Source of the DNA: Pecten maximus
Taxonomy: Eukaryota
DNA: 64,000 nucleotides
Reading direction: 5' to 3'
Assembly (NCBI RefSeq): GCF_902652985.1
Contig: NC_047016.1
Location: 1,488,001-1,552,000 of the forward strand
Positions 13,301-27,244 of the stretch are shown one piece after another (positions within the stretch are counted from its first letter, which is position 1; every line of letters begins with the position of its first letter). Under the pieces are notes generated by a model that worked only from the letters and a program-made list of their open reading frames with translations, searched no databases and was not told the origin of the DNA. A program made the translations under genes and the position numbers.

Positions 13301-16300
13301 GCAACTTAACTCTTGTGTTGTATTGTGGCAGTTTCCCTTCCATACTAGCATGGAACTAGAACAAAATATATTCTGCTGTAAAACTTGCACATAAGACAGT
13401 CACTTTTGATTTAATATGTAATCAATTATAGAATAACTAATATTCAATTTTCAAAAGCAGACAGTGTCCTCTTCTGATGGAATGCACCCTACTGATGGAG
13501 TGTCCCTTACTGACTGAACATCCCCTACTGATGGAGTGTCCCTTACTGACTGAACATCCCCTACTGATGGAGTGTCCCCTACTGATGGAGTGTCCCCTAC
13601 TGACTGAGTGTCCCCTACTGACTGAACATCCCCTGACTGAACATCCCCTACTGACTGAACATCCCCTACTGACTGAGTGTCCCCTACTGACTGAACATCC
13701 CCTACTGACTGAACATCCCCTACTGACTGATCATCCCCTACTGACTGAGTGTCCCCTACTGACTGAACGTCCCCTACTGACTGAACATCCCCCACTGACT
13801 GAACATCCCCCACTGACTGAACATCCCCCACTGACTGAACATCCCCTACTGACTGAGTGTCCCCTACTGACTGAACATCCCCTACTGACTGAACATCCCC
13901 TACTGACTGAACATCCCCTACTGACTGAACATCCCCTACTGACTGAACATCCCCCTACTGACTGAACATCCCCTACTGACTGAACATCCCCCTACTGACT
14001 GAACATCCCCTACTGACTGAACATCCCCTACTGACTGAACGTCCCCTACTGACTGAACGTCCCCTACTGACTGAACATCCCCTACTGACTGAACATCGCC
14101 TACTGACTGAACATCGCCTACTGACTGAGTGTCCCCTACTGACTGAACATCCCCTACTGACTGAACATCCCCTACTGACTGAGTGTCCCCTACTGACTGA
14201 ACATCCCCTACTGACTGAACATCCTCTACTGACTGAACATCCCCTACTGCTGAACATCCCCTACTGACTGAACATCCCCTACTGACTGAACATCCCCTAC
14301 TGACTGAGTGTCCCCTACTGACTGAGTGTCCCCTACTGACTGAACATCCCCCTACTGACTGAACATCCCCTACTGACTGAGTGTCCCCTACTAACTGAAC
14401 ATCCCCTACTGACTGAGTGTCCCCTACTGACTGAACATCCCCTACTGACTGAGTGTCCCCTACTGACTGAACATCCCCTACTGACTGAACATCCCCTACT
14501 GACTGAACATCCCCTACTGACTGAGTGTCCCCTACTGACTGAGTGTCTCCTACTGACTGAACATCCCCTACTGACTGAGCATTAGACCCCTCATGAGTAC
14601 CCCTTCACTGCATACCTCTTCCTCCTCCATCTGCTTGGTGATTTCATTGATCTCCTTGCCATCCAGTTCCTCCAGCAGTTTTAGAAGTTTCTCCTCACAC
14701 AGAGATAACTGGTCCAGGACATATTCATCTGATGTGGGCGCAATCTGTGCTGTTGGTACATGTCCTTTGTTCTACAAAGTAATGTATATAATATACTGTG
14801 ATTATTTAAAAGTCTGTGACGTATTGCCATGATATAGTGTAGTTTATGACTTACAGCTATGAGATGGTGTAGTTTATGACTTACAGCCATGAGATGGTGT
14901 AGTTTATGACTTATAACCATAAGATGGTGTAGTTTATGACTTACAGCCAAGATATAGTGTAGTTTATGACTTACTGCCATGAGATGGTGTAGTTTATGAC
15001 TTATAGCCATGAGATGGTGTAGTTTATGACTTACTGCCATGAGATGGTGTAGTTTATGACTTACTGCCGTGAGATGGTGTAGTTTATGACTTACTGCTAA
15101 GAGATGGTGTAGTTTATGACTTATAGCCATGAGATGGTGTAGTTTATGACTTATAGCCATGAGATGGTGTAGTTTATGACTTACAGCTATGAGATGGTGT
15201 AGTTTATGACTTATAGCCATGAGATGGTGTAGTTTATGACTTACTGCCATGAGATGTTGTAGTTTATGACTTACTGCCATGAGATGGTGTAGTTTATGAC
15301 TTACTGCCATGAGCAGCCTTTGACACTAACTTTCCAGGCCTTGGAGACCAACGGTCTCCTGATACTTAAATTCTTGGTGCCCTCCACAGAATCTTGGAGC
15401 CCACATTTTCAACAACAAAAAAATTATACAAAAAAGAAACTTATTTCATTTGTTCAAATATTTTATTATATCATTTCCATAAGAAGTTTAAAAGACTTCC
15501 GTTGAAGTTCAATAAGGTCCTGGTTATTGGCCAGTTTATCCTCCTCCTCCTGTAGTAAACGACCCGGTTTCTCCATGTTTACGACACAGTGTACAGTACA
15601 TGTGTACATCGTCGTAGCCCAACTAATTAAACTGTGTTTGCCAGGAGTTCTGGAACTTTCTTTTCTTTCTCGTATTGATGCTGTTGAACCCGTCGTTCCT
15701 TCGATGTCTTGGCTTTTTTCGGAGGAGGCGACAGCCCCAACCACCGATGCATCTCTGTATGTACGTGTGTTGTTTACCCTATGTCAATGCAAGTGAAGGT
15801 CACTTTCGCTTCGCGCCGACTTACCTTGGTCATATAGACGCTTGAAATAGTACTAGTTTATTGTCTAAAATTACAAGCGTTCCAAATACTCTGGCGACCG
15901 GAAAGACGGGAGTACACAAGTGCAGTTTTACATGCGTGCAACACATGGGTATAAACGACTGACGAATATTGAAATTAAATCGATAACTTTTTGGGTACAT
16001 TTTACTAAAAATTCCTACATTTTAAGAACACCTCAATGTAAAAATCTCAGTGCCCGACGGTCTCCAGGTAAGTGCAGTTTTTGGAGACCTCCAAATATTT
16101 TGGTGGACTCGGGCACCAGGTCTACCGTTAGTGTCGAAGGCTGATGAGATGGTGTAGTTTATGACTTACTGCCATGAGATGGTGTAGTTTATGACTTACT
16201 GCCATGAGATGGTGTAGTTTATGACTTATAGCCATGAGATGGTGTAGTTTATGACTTACTGCCATGAGATGGTGTAGTTTATGACTTACTGCTATGAGAT

Positions 16301-19300
16301 GGTGTAGTTTATGACTTACTGCCATGAGATGGTGTAGTTTATGACTTATAGCCATGAGATGGTGTAGTTTATGACTTAATTACTGCTATGAGATGGTGTA
16401 GTTTATGACTTACTGCCACGAGATGGTGTATTTATGACTTACTGCCATGAGATGGTGTAGTTTATGACTTATAGCCATGAGATGGTGTAGTTTATGACTT
16501 ACTGCCATGAGATGGTGTAGTTTATGACTTACTGCTATGAGATGGTGTAGTTTATGAGTTATAGCCATGAGATGGTGTAGTTTATGACTTACTGCCACGA
16601 GATGGTGTATTTATGACTTACTGCCTTCAGGTGGTGTAGTTTGTCAGTCAGGTGCTCCACACCAGCCTTGACAGACACCATGATGGTGCTGTTCCTGTGA
16701 AGTGTCTCCTCGGTCTCTTCCTGTCGGGTCTCCTCCTTCTGTAGCTGGGCCTGGAACTCCTCCAGCATTCTCTGTCCACTGTTACATTTTACAGAAAATC
16801 TTTAGTGTGTCTGATGTCTACCATAATTTTATTGTCCATTACCTTTGTCTACTGTAAAACATCAATATGACTGGCACTCATAGCACAAATAAATCTCTCT
16901 TACCTGGATAATTTAGCATCTCCAGAGTACTTCATCTCCTCAAACTCCTGCTGAAGTTTCTCCTTATCCTCACGCAGCCTTGTGATGGACTTTTCATTCT
17001 GATTCTTGAGATCTTCTAGGTGTTTGGTAGTGGCTCCTTGGCCCTCAAACCGATGGACCACTTCCTGTACAATGTATAAAGTTTCAACAATTGTAAAATG
17101 CATTTAAACTGTAAACTAAACCAATATTTCAGGCCAACAATGATCATAAGAATTTAAAGTGTTGAATCGTCTGTGATGAGTGACTTACCATAGTGTCAGA
17201 CACACCAGTGGCCTCCTTGATGTGTCGGAAGGCCTCTTCATACGAAGAGATCTTCTGCTGCTGTTCCTCTCCCTGAAGGGCCTGTTTCTCCTGGGGGTTA
17301 ATGTCATCAGCCTGGATAGACCCCCTCTGGGCCTGTAATACCAAAATATAACAAAGTTTCAACTGATGCTGTTAGCAGTATACATATTTGTAACTAGAAT
17401 TATCAGATGCAGCCAAAATATTTAATGGATATAACTGATAGGTGTAAAAATTTGATGGATATAACTGATAGGTGTAAATATTTGATGGATATAACTGATA
17501 GGTGTAAATATTTGATGGATATAACTGATAGGTGTAAATATTTGATGGATATAACTGATAAGTCTAAATATTTGATGGATATAACTGATATGTGTAAATA
17601 TTTGATGGATATAAATGATAGGTGTAAGAAAACTTACAATTCTGCGCTCAATCCTCTCGTGTTGTATCTTCTTATCCTCTGCTTCCTTCTTCATTTTCTG
17701 TAGTTCTATCTCGCGTTGTTTCCTCTCTGTGTAGACCACTTTTTCATTCTTTGCCAATTCTGCCTGGGCAGCCTCTTTTGAGATCTGGGCATCATCGTGC
17801 ATAGCCTTGAGTTCCTTAAGTTCACTTCTTGTGCTGCGGATCTCTGCTTCCATGGCATCAAGTACACATGGGAATTTCTCAGCTTCCTATACAAAGAGTC
17901 AAAATCAATGCTTTCTTCTTTTAGAGTTTACCTTTTGTTTTAAAAATATTTATAATCTTAATTCAAAATTCTCAGACACTTGTAATACATTTTGTTTCAT
18001 TTTGATATACCAGGCAGTTATCAGAATATATTTTCAATTGAATTTGACACAATGGCATAAATCAGACTTTGAAGTATGCAAAATTAAAAGGACATTTTGT
18101 TTGCATTTTTAAACATATACTGTAATTTCCTGCATATTGCCCATGAGCTATGCGGGCAATCTACCAGTGTGGGCTATCTGGAATTTATTTTACAAAAGCA
18201 TAAAAAATGCCTGAATTTACATCACACAGGCTATACCCCCAAGCGGGCAATACACAGGAAATGAAGGTAAGTAAATTGTTAATCTTGTAATGAAAAACCT
18301 ACCACTTCCAGCTTCTTCTTGATGTCCTCATAAATTCGTTTTAGATGCATGGCCTCATCAATCTTAAGACTAGTCTTATCATAACTGTTCTCCAAGTACC
18401 GCATTGTCTGAAAACAACCATTAACATTTTAAAGAGTAATTTATGGCTTTTAATTGATTATGAAGCAGTTCACATTTTGCTGTTGTATATGTCTATGCCA
18501 GTACACATGTATTTACACCTGTCATACAGTCAGTACCTGGGCGTCAGCAGATTCACCCTTGTCTGTAGCCACGGCCTCAGAACTATCCTGTACCATCTGT
18601 TCATACTTAGTCTGTAGCGTCTCAACTCTCTTTTGTTTGGAAGCTGTTTGGTGGCGCAGATTGTTGAGGCGCTTGACAGTGTCACACACTTTGTGGTCCA
18701 TGATCGTGATGGCTTGCTGCAACAAGAATTAAGCCAGTTCAGATAAATCATTTAATCAATTACTTTATGAACTTTTATTTCGTAAAATACATCGCATGCA
18801 GATTAAACATCCAGAGTTATTCTCTACTCACCCTTCCAGTTTTATTCTTCATGGCAGCTTTCTCTACAGGACGATCCCCAAATGCTTTGTTAATCACATG
18901 ATGGTCTTGCTGTTAATAAAAGAAAAGAATCCATTATCATATCTGCTTAAGTATAGGTATTAACATTTTAAACAGAAATAATCAAAACCCGGTGAATAAA
19001 TTATAGATAATCTATTAAAATTTTTATGGCAATTGATTATTTAATGAACTTAAATGTCAACCTACACACAAGGAGTCACTGAGCTTCTTCCTCACTTCCT
19101 TGTTTTCACGACGAAGCGTTAAAATGTTCTCTCTGTTCTTTTTCATTGCATACTGAGAGGTTTCGTAGTAAGCCTTTCGATCGCCCTCTGGAAAGCAGGA
19201 AATTGATTAATATAAAACAGGAAGACAATAGCAACATGTAAATACACAGATGTAAACAAAATATGATGTACTTATTTAGTTTAACTTAATCTTATTCTAA

Positions 19301-20012
19301 AATCTAGCCATGAGATTAATAAAACGATCAGGTCGGAATACCTCAAATGTAGTAAGTGTATAAATTTAACATGTCTGTGCGTTTCATAGAAATGGAATTC
19401 CACATGAAGACATATTCGTGAGGTTGTAGCCAGAGTTTCCTATAGCTTTGACATCATGTCTGTTCAGGGTAAACTCGGGCTAATGATAGTTATCAACTGT
19501 CAAAGACATCTAGCTCAGTCATATTACACGCATCTAGGCTGTACACGAATACTCAAATCACAGAAATACAGACAGTAAATATTGAGATATAGGCCTATAT
19601 AAAAAGCAAGGGTATTGAGGTAAAGAAGAATTGATATGACAATGCCATGTTCGTATGCAATGATGTATCTCGATTTACTCTGTTACTGTTAGAATATTGC
19701 AAAAGCCTGTCGCCCTGTGTTCAAATAATATTTGAAAATTGTGGTTGAAATCAGGCCCACATAAAATATTTCAACGCAGATCATCAAACGCAAAATCAAA
19801 ATATATATCGCATGAAGGACTTTCATTATCAAAGAAGGATACTATTAGTTTATGTGCCGTTCTGTGATCTGTGCTGTAGCGACATAGATCTAGATTTCTA
19901 TTTCTTTTCTTTTTTTTTACAAACAAACGGTCTTACCAAGGAGGGCGATCTTGGCCTTCAGTTCATCGATCAGCTCCGTCATCGGACGCTGCATCGTCGA
20001 TGTGACGGGCAT
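10328..20012 (-). CDS. CCDC151: Outer dynein arm docking complex subunit 3 (CCDC151), 12 coding exons, 546 aa
   Basis: Exons 20012-19937, 19187-19066, 18909-18832, 18716-18537, 18407-18303, 17886-17638, 17332-17189, 17064-16904, 16778-16622, 14771-14616, 13355-13271 and 10455-10328. All introns are GT-AG, phases are consistent and the total is 1641 nt. The motifs KIALLEGDRKAYYETSQ, EEEEFHASMEGKLPQYNTRVKLP and the acidic-then-basic tail fit CCDC151/ODAD3. Confidence 0.9.
10855..12090. repeat. 34-bp minisatellite (38-bp variant at right end) in CCDC151 intron 11
   Basis: Unit GGTTCAATGGGTCAGTGATACATGGCCTGGAGTT. Confidence 0.93.
13480..14580. repeat. 18-bp minisatellite in CCDC151 intron 10
   Basis: Unit CCCCTACTGACTGAACAT / CCCCTACTGACTGAGTGT. 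Confidence 0.95.
14835..16625 (-). repeat. 30-bp minisatellite built from the CCDC151 exon 9 donor junction, split by a hAT element
   Basis: Minus-strand unit AAACTACACCATCTCATGGCA|GTAAGTCAT versus the real junction AAACTACACCACCTGAAGGCA|GTAAGTCAT. Confidence 0.93.
15314..16143 (-). mobile_element. hAT-type DNA transposon deletion derivative, 17-bp TIRs, 5-bp TSD
   Basis: TIRs CAGCCTTTGACACTAAC / GTTAGTGTCGAAGGCTG. ATGAG is duplicated at 15309-13 and 16144-48, and the host satellite unit gives the empty site. An internal relic reads RKFQNSWQTQFN*LGYDDVHMYCTLCRKHGETGSFTTG (TTF/ZNF862-type zinc finger) at ~15661-15548. Confidence 0.85.
17420..17630. repeat. 30-bp minisatellite abutting the CCDC151 exon 6 donor
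   Basis: Unit GATGGATATAACTGATAGGTGTAAATATTT, about 7 copies. Confidence 0.9.
18118..18269. mobile_element. Short TA-flanked MITE in CCDC151 intron 5
   Basis: Inverted repeats TACTGTAATTTCCTGCATATTGCCC / GGGCAATACACAGGAAATGAAGGTA. Confidence 0.5.
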
Positions 20013-20569
20013 TTTCGGAGAATTCTCTGTATGTGTCAACAGAAAAGTTTACTCCTTCCTATGTCTGCCTACTGACTGCAAGATAAAGTGTTTTGACGTA
20101 TCCAAGGTGCCCTCACTTTTGCGCATGCTCAGCAAGGGAGACAACTCTTCTCCAAAACACACGGCCTTTCTCGACGCTCACCATGAACGTTGTAGTTGCC
20201 GATGCATTTCGTCCCTTTTTCTTCAACATTTTTGTTTCCTTTAGGCCTACATGTAACGTATCTTAAATTAATTCAAAACAGAATAGACCAAGAATCATTT
20301 CTTGTGACTCTGCCTATAAATATTACTGTAAATATGCAATGACAAGCCGTGTGGAAAGAAGAGACATTAGCTTACAGACTAGTATTAATATTAATTTGAT
20401 ACAGTAGATTGTCTACAAGACGTAGATTTCTAATTAAGTATTAATGTTAATAAATAGTTTAATATTGATATATACTACTTCTTTATTAATATGAATTAAT
20501 ATCAGTAAATGAATTAGTATCTAATGCCTCCACCCCCCTCTCTTTCTCTTTATCCCTTTTTTTTCTCTA

Positions 20570-20735
20570 ATTAATTGAATGTATGTCCATGTATACTGTT
20601 TCTACAGTATGTTTAAAAATTGCATACTCTTTTATAAATTGTGTCCATTGTTGCGGAAAGGGCGATTATACAAGTGGCAATAACTTGTGCCCAATCCTTT
20701 GTTAAATCTTTTGCAGTAAAATATGTTTAAACCCA
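20570..20735 (+). mobile_element. Possible 3' tail of a CR1/L2-type LINE
   Basis: The stem GGAAAGGGCGATTATACAAGT...AACTTGTGCCCAATCC followed by GTAAAATATGTTTAAAC resembles mollusc CR1 3' ends, from memory only. Confidence 0.3.
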
Positions 20736-21699
20736 AACTAATGATTTTTATTATAATATTAATAATGTTTGATATCATTGTCTACAATATAGGCGTATCT
20801 ACATGTATATCAATTCATTTCTTTATATTACAAATTAAGTTCTTCTATTAAAATAATTTCTTAATATCAGTAAGCGATTTTATCCATTAAAATAAATGGG
20901 GAAGAGGATTAAATGAATTCTGAATAAATGAATTATTCCACAACGGCTTGAAGTAATATCTTATATAGTGTATATATTTACATCTAATTTGAAATAGCCT
21001 AAAGTTGATAATGCAAATAATTTATTCAAAGATTTTTTTTTCACATGTATAAATCTGTATGTATTTTATAGTTTTTCAAGTTTTTACAATACAGTAAAGA
21101 GAAGTAACAACATTACATTAAAAATTCCTGACATTCCTACACACTGAAAATACATGATTATAACATACTAAAAAAAAAAAAAAAAAAAAAGACTTAGATA
21201 ATAACAAAAACATGTAAAACGCTTTATATACAAGAAAATAATCTATCTGGAATTAATTGAATCGTCAATATTGAAAAGGCTTTTGATTGTAATACTTGGA
21301 ATTTTATTGATAAAATACTGATATTTTTTATTCAATAATTTATTTTAATCTTCGTAGTGTTATCAGAAATTGGGTAAAATTATTCTCAATAATTGTGTGT
21401 TGGATTTAATTGAAAGGGTAGTCTCTCTTCTTTGTTTTATATTAGGAGGGACTGCCATCAAGGTAACCCCATATACCCATATTTTAATTTTTAGATTGTG
21501 TGATTAAAAACACTCAATCAAATTAGAAATAACTAGAGCATCAATGGTATACAGCTAGATGACTCTCGTTTCTTAATATGTGGATAATCTCTCTTATTTC
21601 ATATATGTGGAACAAAGAAATTTTACAAGCATTTCAGGTCTAAATATTGAAACGTTAAAACTTGTTACATGGATTGGCAATATGTAATACAATGTACAA

Positions 21700-22525
21700 T
21701 GGTTTCTGTAATTCAAACGTTACCAGCTATGGGGGTTAACTCTGTAATTAAAACGTTACCAGCTATGGGGGTTAACTATGTAATTCAAAAGTTATCAGCT
21801 ATGGAGGTTAACTCTGTAATTCAAAAGTTATCAGCTATGGGGGTTAACTATGTAATTGAATGTTATCAGCTATGGGGGTTAACTATGTAATTCAAAAGTT
21901 ATCAGCTATGGAGGTTAACTATGTAATTCAAAAGTTATCAGCTATGGGGGTTAACTATGTAATTCAAAAGTTATCAGCTATGGAGGTTAACTCTGTAATT
22001 CAAAAGTTATCAGCTATGGGGGTTAACTATGTAATTCAAAAGTTATCAGCTATGGGGGTTAACTCTGTAATTAAAACGTTATCAGCTATGGGGGTTAACT
22101 CTGTAATTAAAACGTTATCAGCTATGGGGGTTAACTCTGTAATTCAAAAGTTATCAGCTATGGGGGTTAACTCTGTAATTAAAACGTTATCAGCTATGGG
22201 GGTTAACTATGTAATTAAAACGTTATCAGCTATGGGGGTTAACTCTGTAATTCAAAAGTTATCAGCTATGGGGGTTAACTATGTAATTAAAACGTTATCA
22301 GCTATGGGGTTAACTCTGTAATTCAAAAGTTATCAGCTATGGGGGTTAACTATGTAATTCAAAAGTTATCAGCTATGGAGGTTAACTCTGTAATTAAAAC
22401 GTTATCAGCTATGGGGGTTAACTCTGTAATTAAAACGTTATCAGCTATGGGGGTTAACTCTGTAATTAAGATGTTATCAGCTATGGGGGTTAACTCTGTA
22501 ATTAAAACGTTATCAGCTATGGAGG
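21700..22525. repeat. 39-bp minisatellite
   Basis: Unit TTATCAGCTATGGGGGTTAACTCTGTAATTAAAACG-like. Confidence 0.93.
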
Positions 22526-22679
22526 AATGACTGTGAATGTTAAATTAAGATATCGAACTTGCATTGTTGAAAACAAAAGAGAATAAACGTTCCAATTTTT
22601 TTTAAGCGCAGTCTTTTCCATTTAGTTTCATAAAAACATGTAGCTAGGAGCCACAGAGCCACTCCATCTCTATAATGTT

Positions 22680-25570
22680 GATTCTCCCCAACACCAATAC
22701 CAGTACTGTAATATAAACCTGTTTATCCCCAACACCAATACCAGTACTGTAATATAAACCGGATTCTCCCCAACACCAATACCAGTACTGTAAATATAAA
22801 CCTGATTCTCCCCAACACCAATACCAGTACTGTAAATATAAACCTGCTTCTCCCCAACACCAATACCAGTACTGTAAATATAAACCTGATTCTCCCCAAC
22901 ACCAATACCAGTACTGTAAATATAAACCTGCTTCTCCCCAACACCAATACCAGTACTGTAAATATAAACCTGTTTATCCCCAACACCAATACCAGTACTG
23001 TAAATATAAACCTGATTCTCCCCAACACCAATACCAGTACTGTAAATATAAACCTGCTTCTCCCCAACACCAATACCAGTACTGTAATATAAACCTGTAT
23101 CTCCCCAACACCAATACCAGTACTGTAAATATAAACCTGTTTATCCCCAACACCAATACCAGTACTGTAATATAAACCTGATTCTCCCCAACACCAATAC
23201 CAGTACTGTAAATATAAACCTGATTCTCCCCAACACCAAAACCAGTACTGGTAAACCTGTATCTCCCCAACACCAATACCAGTACTGTAATACAAGAGGC
23301 CCAATGGGCCTGTATCGCTCACCTGGCTCTACTGCAACTTTGAAGTTGATTGAGGTCATTTCTACATATACTATGCTGATTATCATAGTAAGCTAGGTTT
23401 ATTCATATTAATAAATTTTCTAGTCCTTCATTCCAGCATTTTATTGGCCAAATATCTGGTCTAGGAGGCTCTTGGCTATCGCAAAATTATTGTTTACAGA
23501 TTTAAGCCGATTTCACCCCTGTGACCTTAAATGTAGGTCAAGGGTCATTCATTTGAACAAACTTTGTTGCCCTTCACCCCAGCATGCTACAGGCCCAATA
23601 TCAAGTCCCTGGGCCTCTTGGTTATTAAGAAGAAGTCATTTGAAGAATATAGCCTATTTGACCCATGTGACCTTTAATGAAGGTCAAGGTCATTTATTTG
23701 AATAAACTTTGTAGCCCTTCATCCCAGCTTGCTACAGACCCAATATCAAGTCCATGGGCCGCTTGGTTATTGAGAAGAAGTCGTTTGAAGATTATAGCCT
23801 ATTTGACAAATGTGACCTTGAATGAAGGTCAAGGTCATTTATTTGAACAAACTTTGTAGCCGTTCACCCAAGCATGCTACAGGCCCAATATCAAGTTCCT
23901 GGGCCTCTTGGTTATTGAGAAGAAGTCGTTTGAAGATTATAGCCTATTTGACCAGTGTGACCTTGAATGAAGGTCAAGGTCATTTATTTGAACAAACTTG
24001 GTAGTCCTTCACCCCAGCAAGCTACAGGCTCAATATCAAGTCCCTTGGCCTCTTGGTTATTGAGAAGAAGTCGTTTGAAGATTATAGCCTATTTGACCCA
24101 TGTGACCTTGAATGAAGGTCAAGGTCATTTATTTTAACAAACTTAGTAGCCCTTCATCCCAGCATGCTACAGACCCAATATCAAGTCCCTGGACCTCTTG
24201 TTTATGGAGAAGAAGTCGTTTGAAGATTATAGCCTATTTGACCCATGTGACCTTGAATGAAGGTCAAGGTCAATTATTTGAACAAACTTGGTAGCCCTTC
24301 ATCCCAGTATGCTACAGGCCCAATATGAAGTTCCTGGGTCTCTTGGTTATTGAGAAGAAGTTGTTTAAATGAAAAAGTTGACGCCGGACGGCCGGACGGC
24401 CGGACGGACGGACGGACGACGGACGCCGCACCATGGCATAAGCTCACTTGCCCTTCGGGCAGGTGAGCTAATAAACCTGATTCTCCCCAACACCAATACC
24501 AGTACTGTAATATAAACCTGATTCTCCCCAACACCAATACCAGTACTGTAAATATTAACCCGATTCTCCCCAACACCAATACCAGTACTGGTAAACCTGT
24601 ATCTCCCCAACACCAATACCAGTACTGTAAATATAAACCTGATTCTCCCCAACACCAATACCAGTACTGTAAATATAAACCTGATTCTCCCCAACACCAA
24701 TACCAGTACTGTAATATAAACCTGATTCTCCCCAACACCAATACCAGTACTGTAAATATTAACCCGATTTCCCCAACACCAATACCAGTACTGGTAAACC
24801 TGTATCTCCCCAACACCAATACCAGTACTGTTAATATAAACCTGTTTCTCCCCAACACCAATACCAGTACTGTAATATAAACCTGTATCTCCCCAACACC
24901 AATACCAGTACTGTAAATATAAACCTGTTTATCCCCAACACCAATACCAGTACTGTAATATAAACCTGCTTCTCCCCAACACCAATACCAGTACTGTAAA
25001 TATAAACCTGATTCTCCCCAACACCAATACCAGTACTGTAAATATAAACCTGATTCTCCCCAACACCAATACCAGTACTGTAATATAAACCTGTTTATCC
25101 CCAACACCAATACCAGTACTGGTAAACCTGTATCTCCCCAACACCAATACCAGTACTGGTAAACCTGTATCTCCCCAACACCAATACCAGTACTGTAAAT
25201 ATAAACCTGATTCTCCCCAACACCAATACCAGTACTGTAAATATAAACCTGATTCTCCCCAACACCAATACCAGTACTGTAATATAAACCTGTTTATCCC
25301 CAACACCAATACCAGTACTGGTAAACCTGTATCTCCCCAACACCAATACCAGTACTGTAAATACAAACCTGATTCTCCCCAACACCAATACCAGTACTGT
25401 AAATATAAACCTGTTTATCCCCAACACCAATACCAGTACTGGTAAACCTGTATCTCCCCAACACCAATACCAGTACTGTAATATAAACCTGATTCTCCCC
25501 AACACCAATACCAGTACTGTAAATATTAACCCGATTCTCCCCAACACCAATACCAGTATTGGTAAACCCG
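22680..25570. repeat. 39-44-bp minisatellite interrupted by a HINE
   Basis: Unit GATTCTCCCCAACACCAATACCAGTACTGTAAATATAAACCT. Confidence 0.93.
23292..24470 (-). mobile_element. Non-autonomous Helentron-type (HINE) element with ~145-bp internal tandem repeats
   Basis: Minus-strand 5' end TAGCTCACCTGCCCGAAGGGCAAGTGAGCT, then a (GTCC)n tract. The 3' end is CAGGTGAGCG plus the hairpin AGGCCCATTGGGCCT. About 6 core repeats. It is inserted in a satellite unit without a TSD. Confidence 0.8.
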
Positions 25571-26333
25571 ATAGAAAGCCCTGACAGTTACAGATGGATG
25601 ACCCTGTCCCTCTACATGCATTCCCGTCTCCCTATCTGGCCTCTCGCGGCAGTAGGAAGGATTTACTGGGGATAATCCAGGACGACACTTGGAGGACCAC
25701 GTCAAACACTCGTAGGAAGTGAAAATTAATGTCCCTGTAATTGTCTCCCTTTCTTTTGATTTCACGAAGAATGCCCCCTCACAATATACAGGATATTAGT
25801 TTGAATTGTTGAAGATTACTTCAGTTTGCAGTATTTTCCCTATAATTTTGTGTAACACATAAAACGATACATGTTTTTGTTGTGATAAATTAAGTTTATT
25901 CTTTCCTCTTTACAAGTTAAACAGTTGATAAACAAAACCTATCGTCTTCACTTTCATAAACTTAACATTCTACACGTAGATAACAAATTAATACATTATG
26001 CTATAGATGTACACATATAGGTTACACAAGTCATTTAAATAAAAATCAAATGTCCACATATCAATGTCAAGGCCATCATTAGGAATGTTAAGGCTCCGAG
26101 TATTAATTAATGGTTTGATCAGGATTTATACATAAAAAGCCCATTTTTGTCGTTGTTGAATATCACTGATGAATAATGCATGTGTTTTGAAAAGGCACTT
26201 GTGACGATGTATTAATTCGGTGTCTGTACTAAAACTCACCAACACTACAACCTTTAACTACCTACACCTATCCAAGCCTAGAAGCACATATTTCTTCACT
26301 GTGGTGGACTAATTAATATAAACATCACTGGGA

Positions 26334-26517
26334 TTAGGCTATTTGGCTGGTCTGCAGGGACTTACAGAGTTTCTGCTTTAGAACCATATATGAATGAACA
26401 AGAGACTTCAGAGGGATCTTTGTGCCCACCATTGAATAATCTTTATCGGATCTATGGAAGACTTCCTGCCTCATCTTTCCTCTTTTTAAGAAATTTGAAG
26501 AGGATTCACGTAACACC
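26334..26517 (-). CDS. Probable terminal coding exon of the VPS9-domain gene
   Basis: Strong acceptor (ttctctctctatttctcaaag|G). Its phase 2 matches the donor at 34946 (TT|G = Leu). It is open for 60 codons to TAA, with AATAAA on the minus strand near 25895. Confidence 0.5.
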
Positions 26518-27244
26518 CTTTGAGAAATAGAGAGAGAATGTAATATTCAAAATGGTCACCTGTAGACCATCTTGTTTTCGGATCACTCTCAAAATTAAAC
26601 ATGAACATCTAGAGACCAAGGCAAGCCTACTTAGGGTATGGAATTGAAGAAAGATCTATAAAGAAATACTGTAGAGCTATCTAACTTCAAAAGTCGAGAT
26701 TCAAAGTTTTCCAATCAGTCTTAAAAATTGTATACACATCTAGAGACCAAGAGGAAATTACATATCAATTTTAAGAAATATCCTTCCAGTACATGTACTT
26801 CTTATGAAATAGCAATAACAAACTTAAACTGTCAAAATCCAAGATTGCCGCATGTCAGCCATTTTGTGTTCCCAAACACACTCAAAATTAAATGGTCACA
26901 ACTTAGGGACAAGATGAACCTTACTGTGGAGTTGGAGAAACATCCTTCAGTATTTCTCTCAAGAAATAACGATATACACAAGGATTGTTTACGGCCAGAC
27001 CATGAACCACAGGCGTAGGGCAATTTGAGCTAAAAACACATTTCCCCCAGTAATCTAACAGATAAACATAAGTAACTTGTAAGCCAGCATTGTTTAATGG
27101 CGACATGTGATACCTATCTGTATCAAAGCTAAGTACCAGTATCATTTCATGCATTACATCACATTGTATAATTGAATGATAATATGGAGGCCAATATTTC
27201 TAGTGAACTTCCACACATTATATAACATATACAAACTTCTGTTT

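Noticed and set aside
13451-14257. VGDVQS / TEHPLL repeat ORFs
   Set aside because: They come from an 18-bp satellite inside CCDC151 intron 10.
20095-20145. RFX X-box candidates upstream of CCDC151
   Set aside because: They are expected for a ciliary gene but match the consensus only partially.
21669-25550. Repeat ORFs and a CRISPR-like appearance
   Set aside because: The units are head-to-tail with no unique spacers, there are no cas genes, and the context is eukaryotic.
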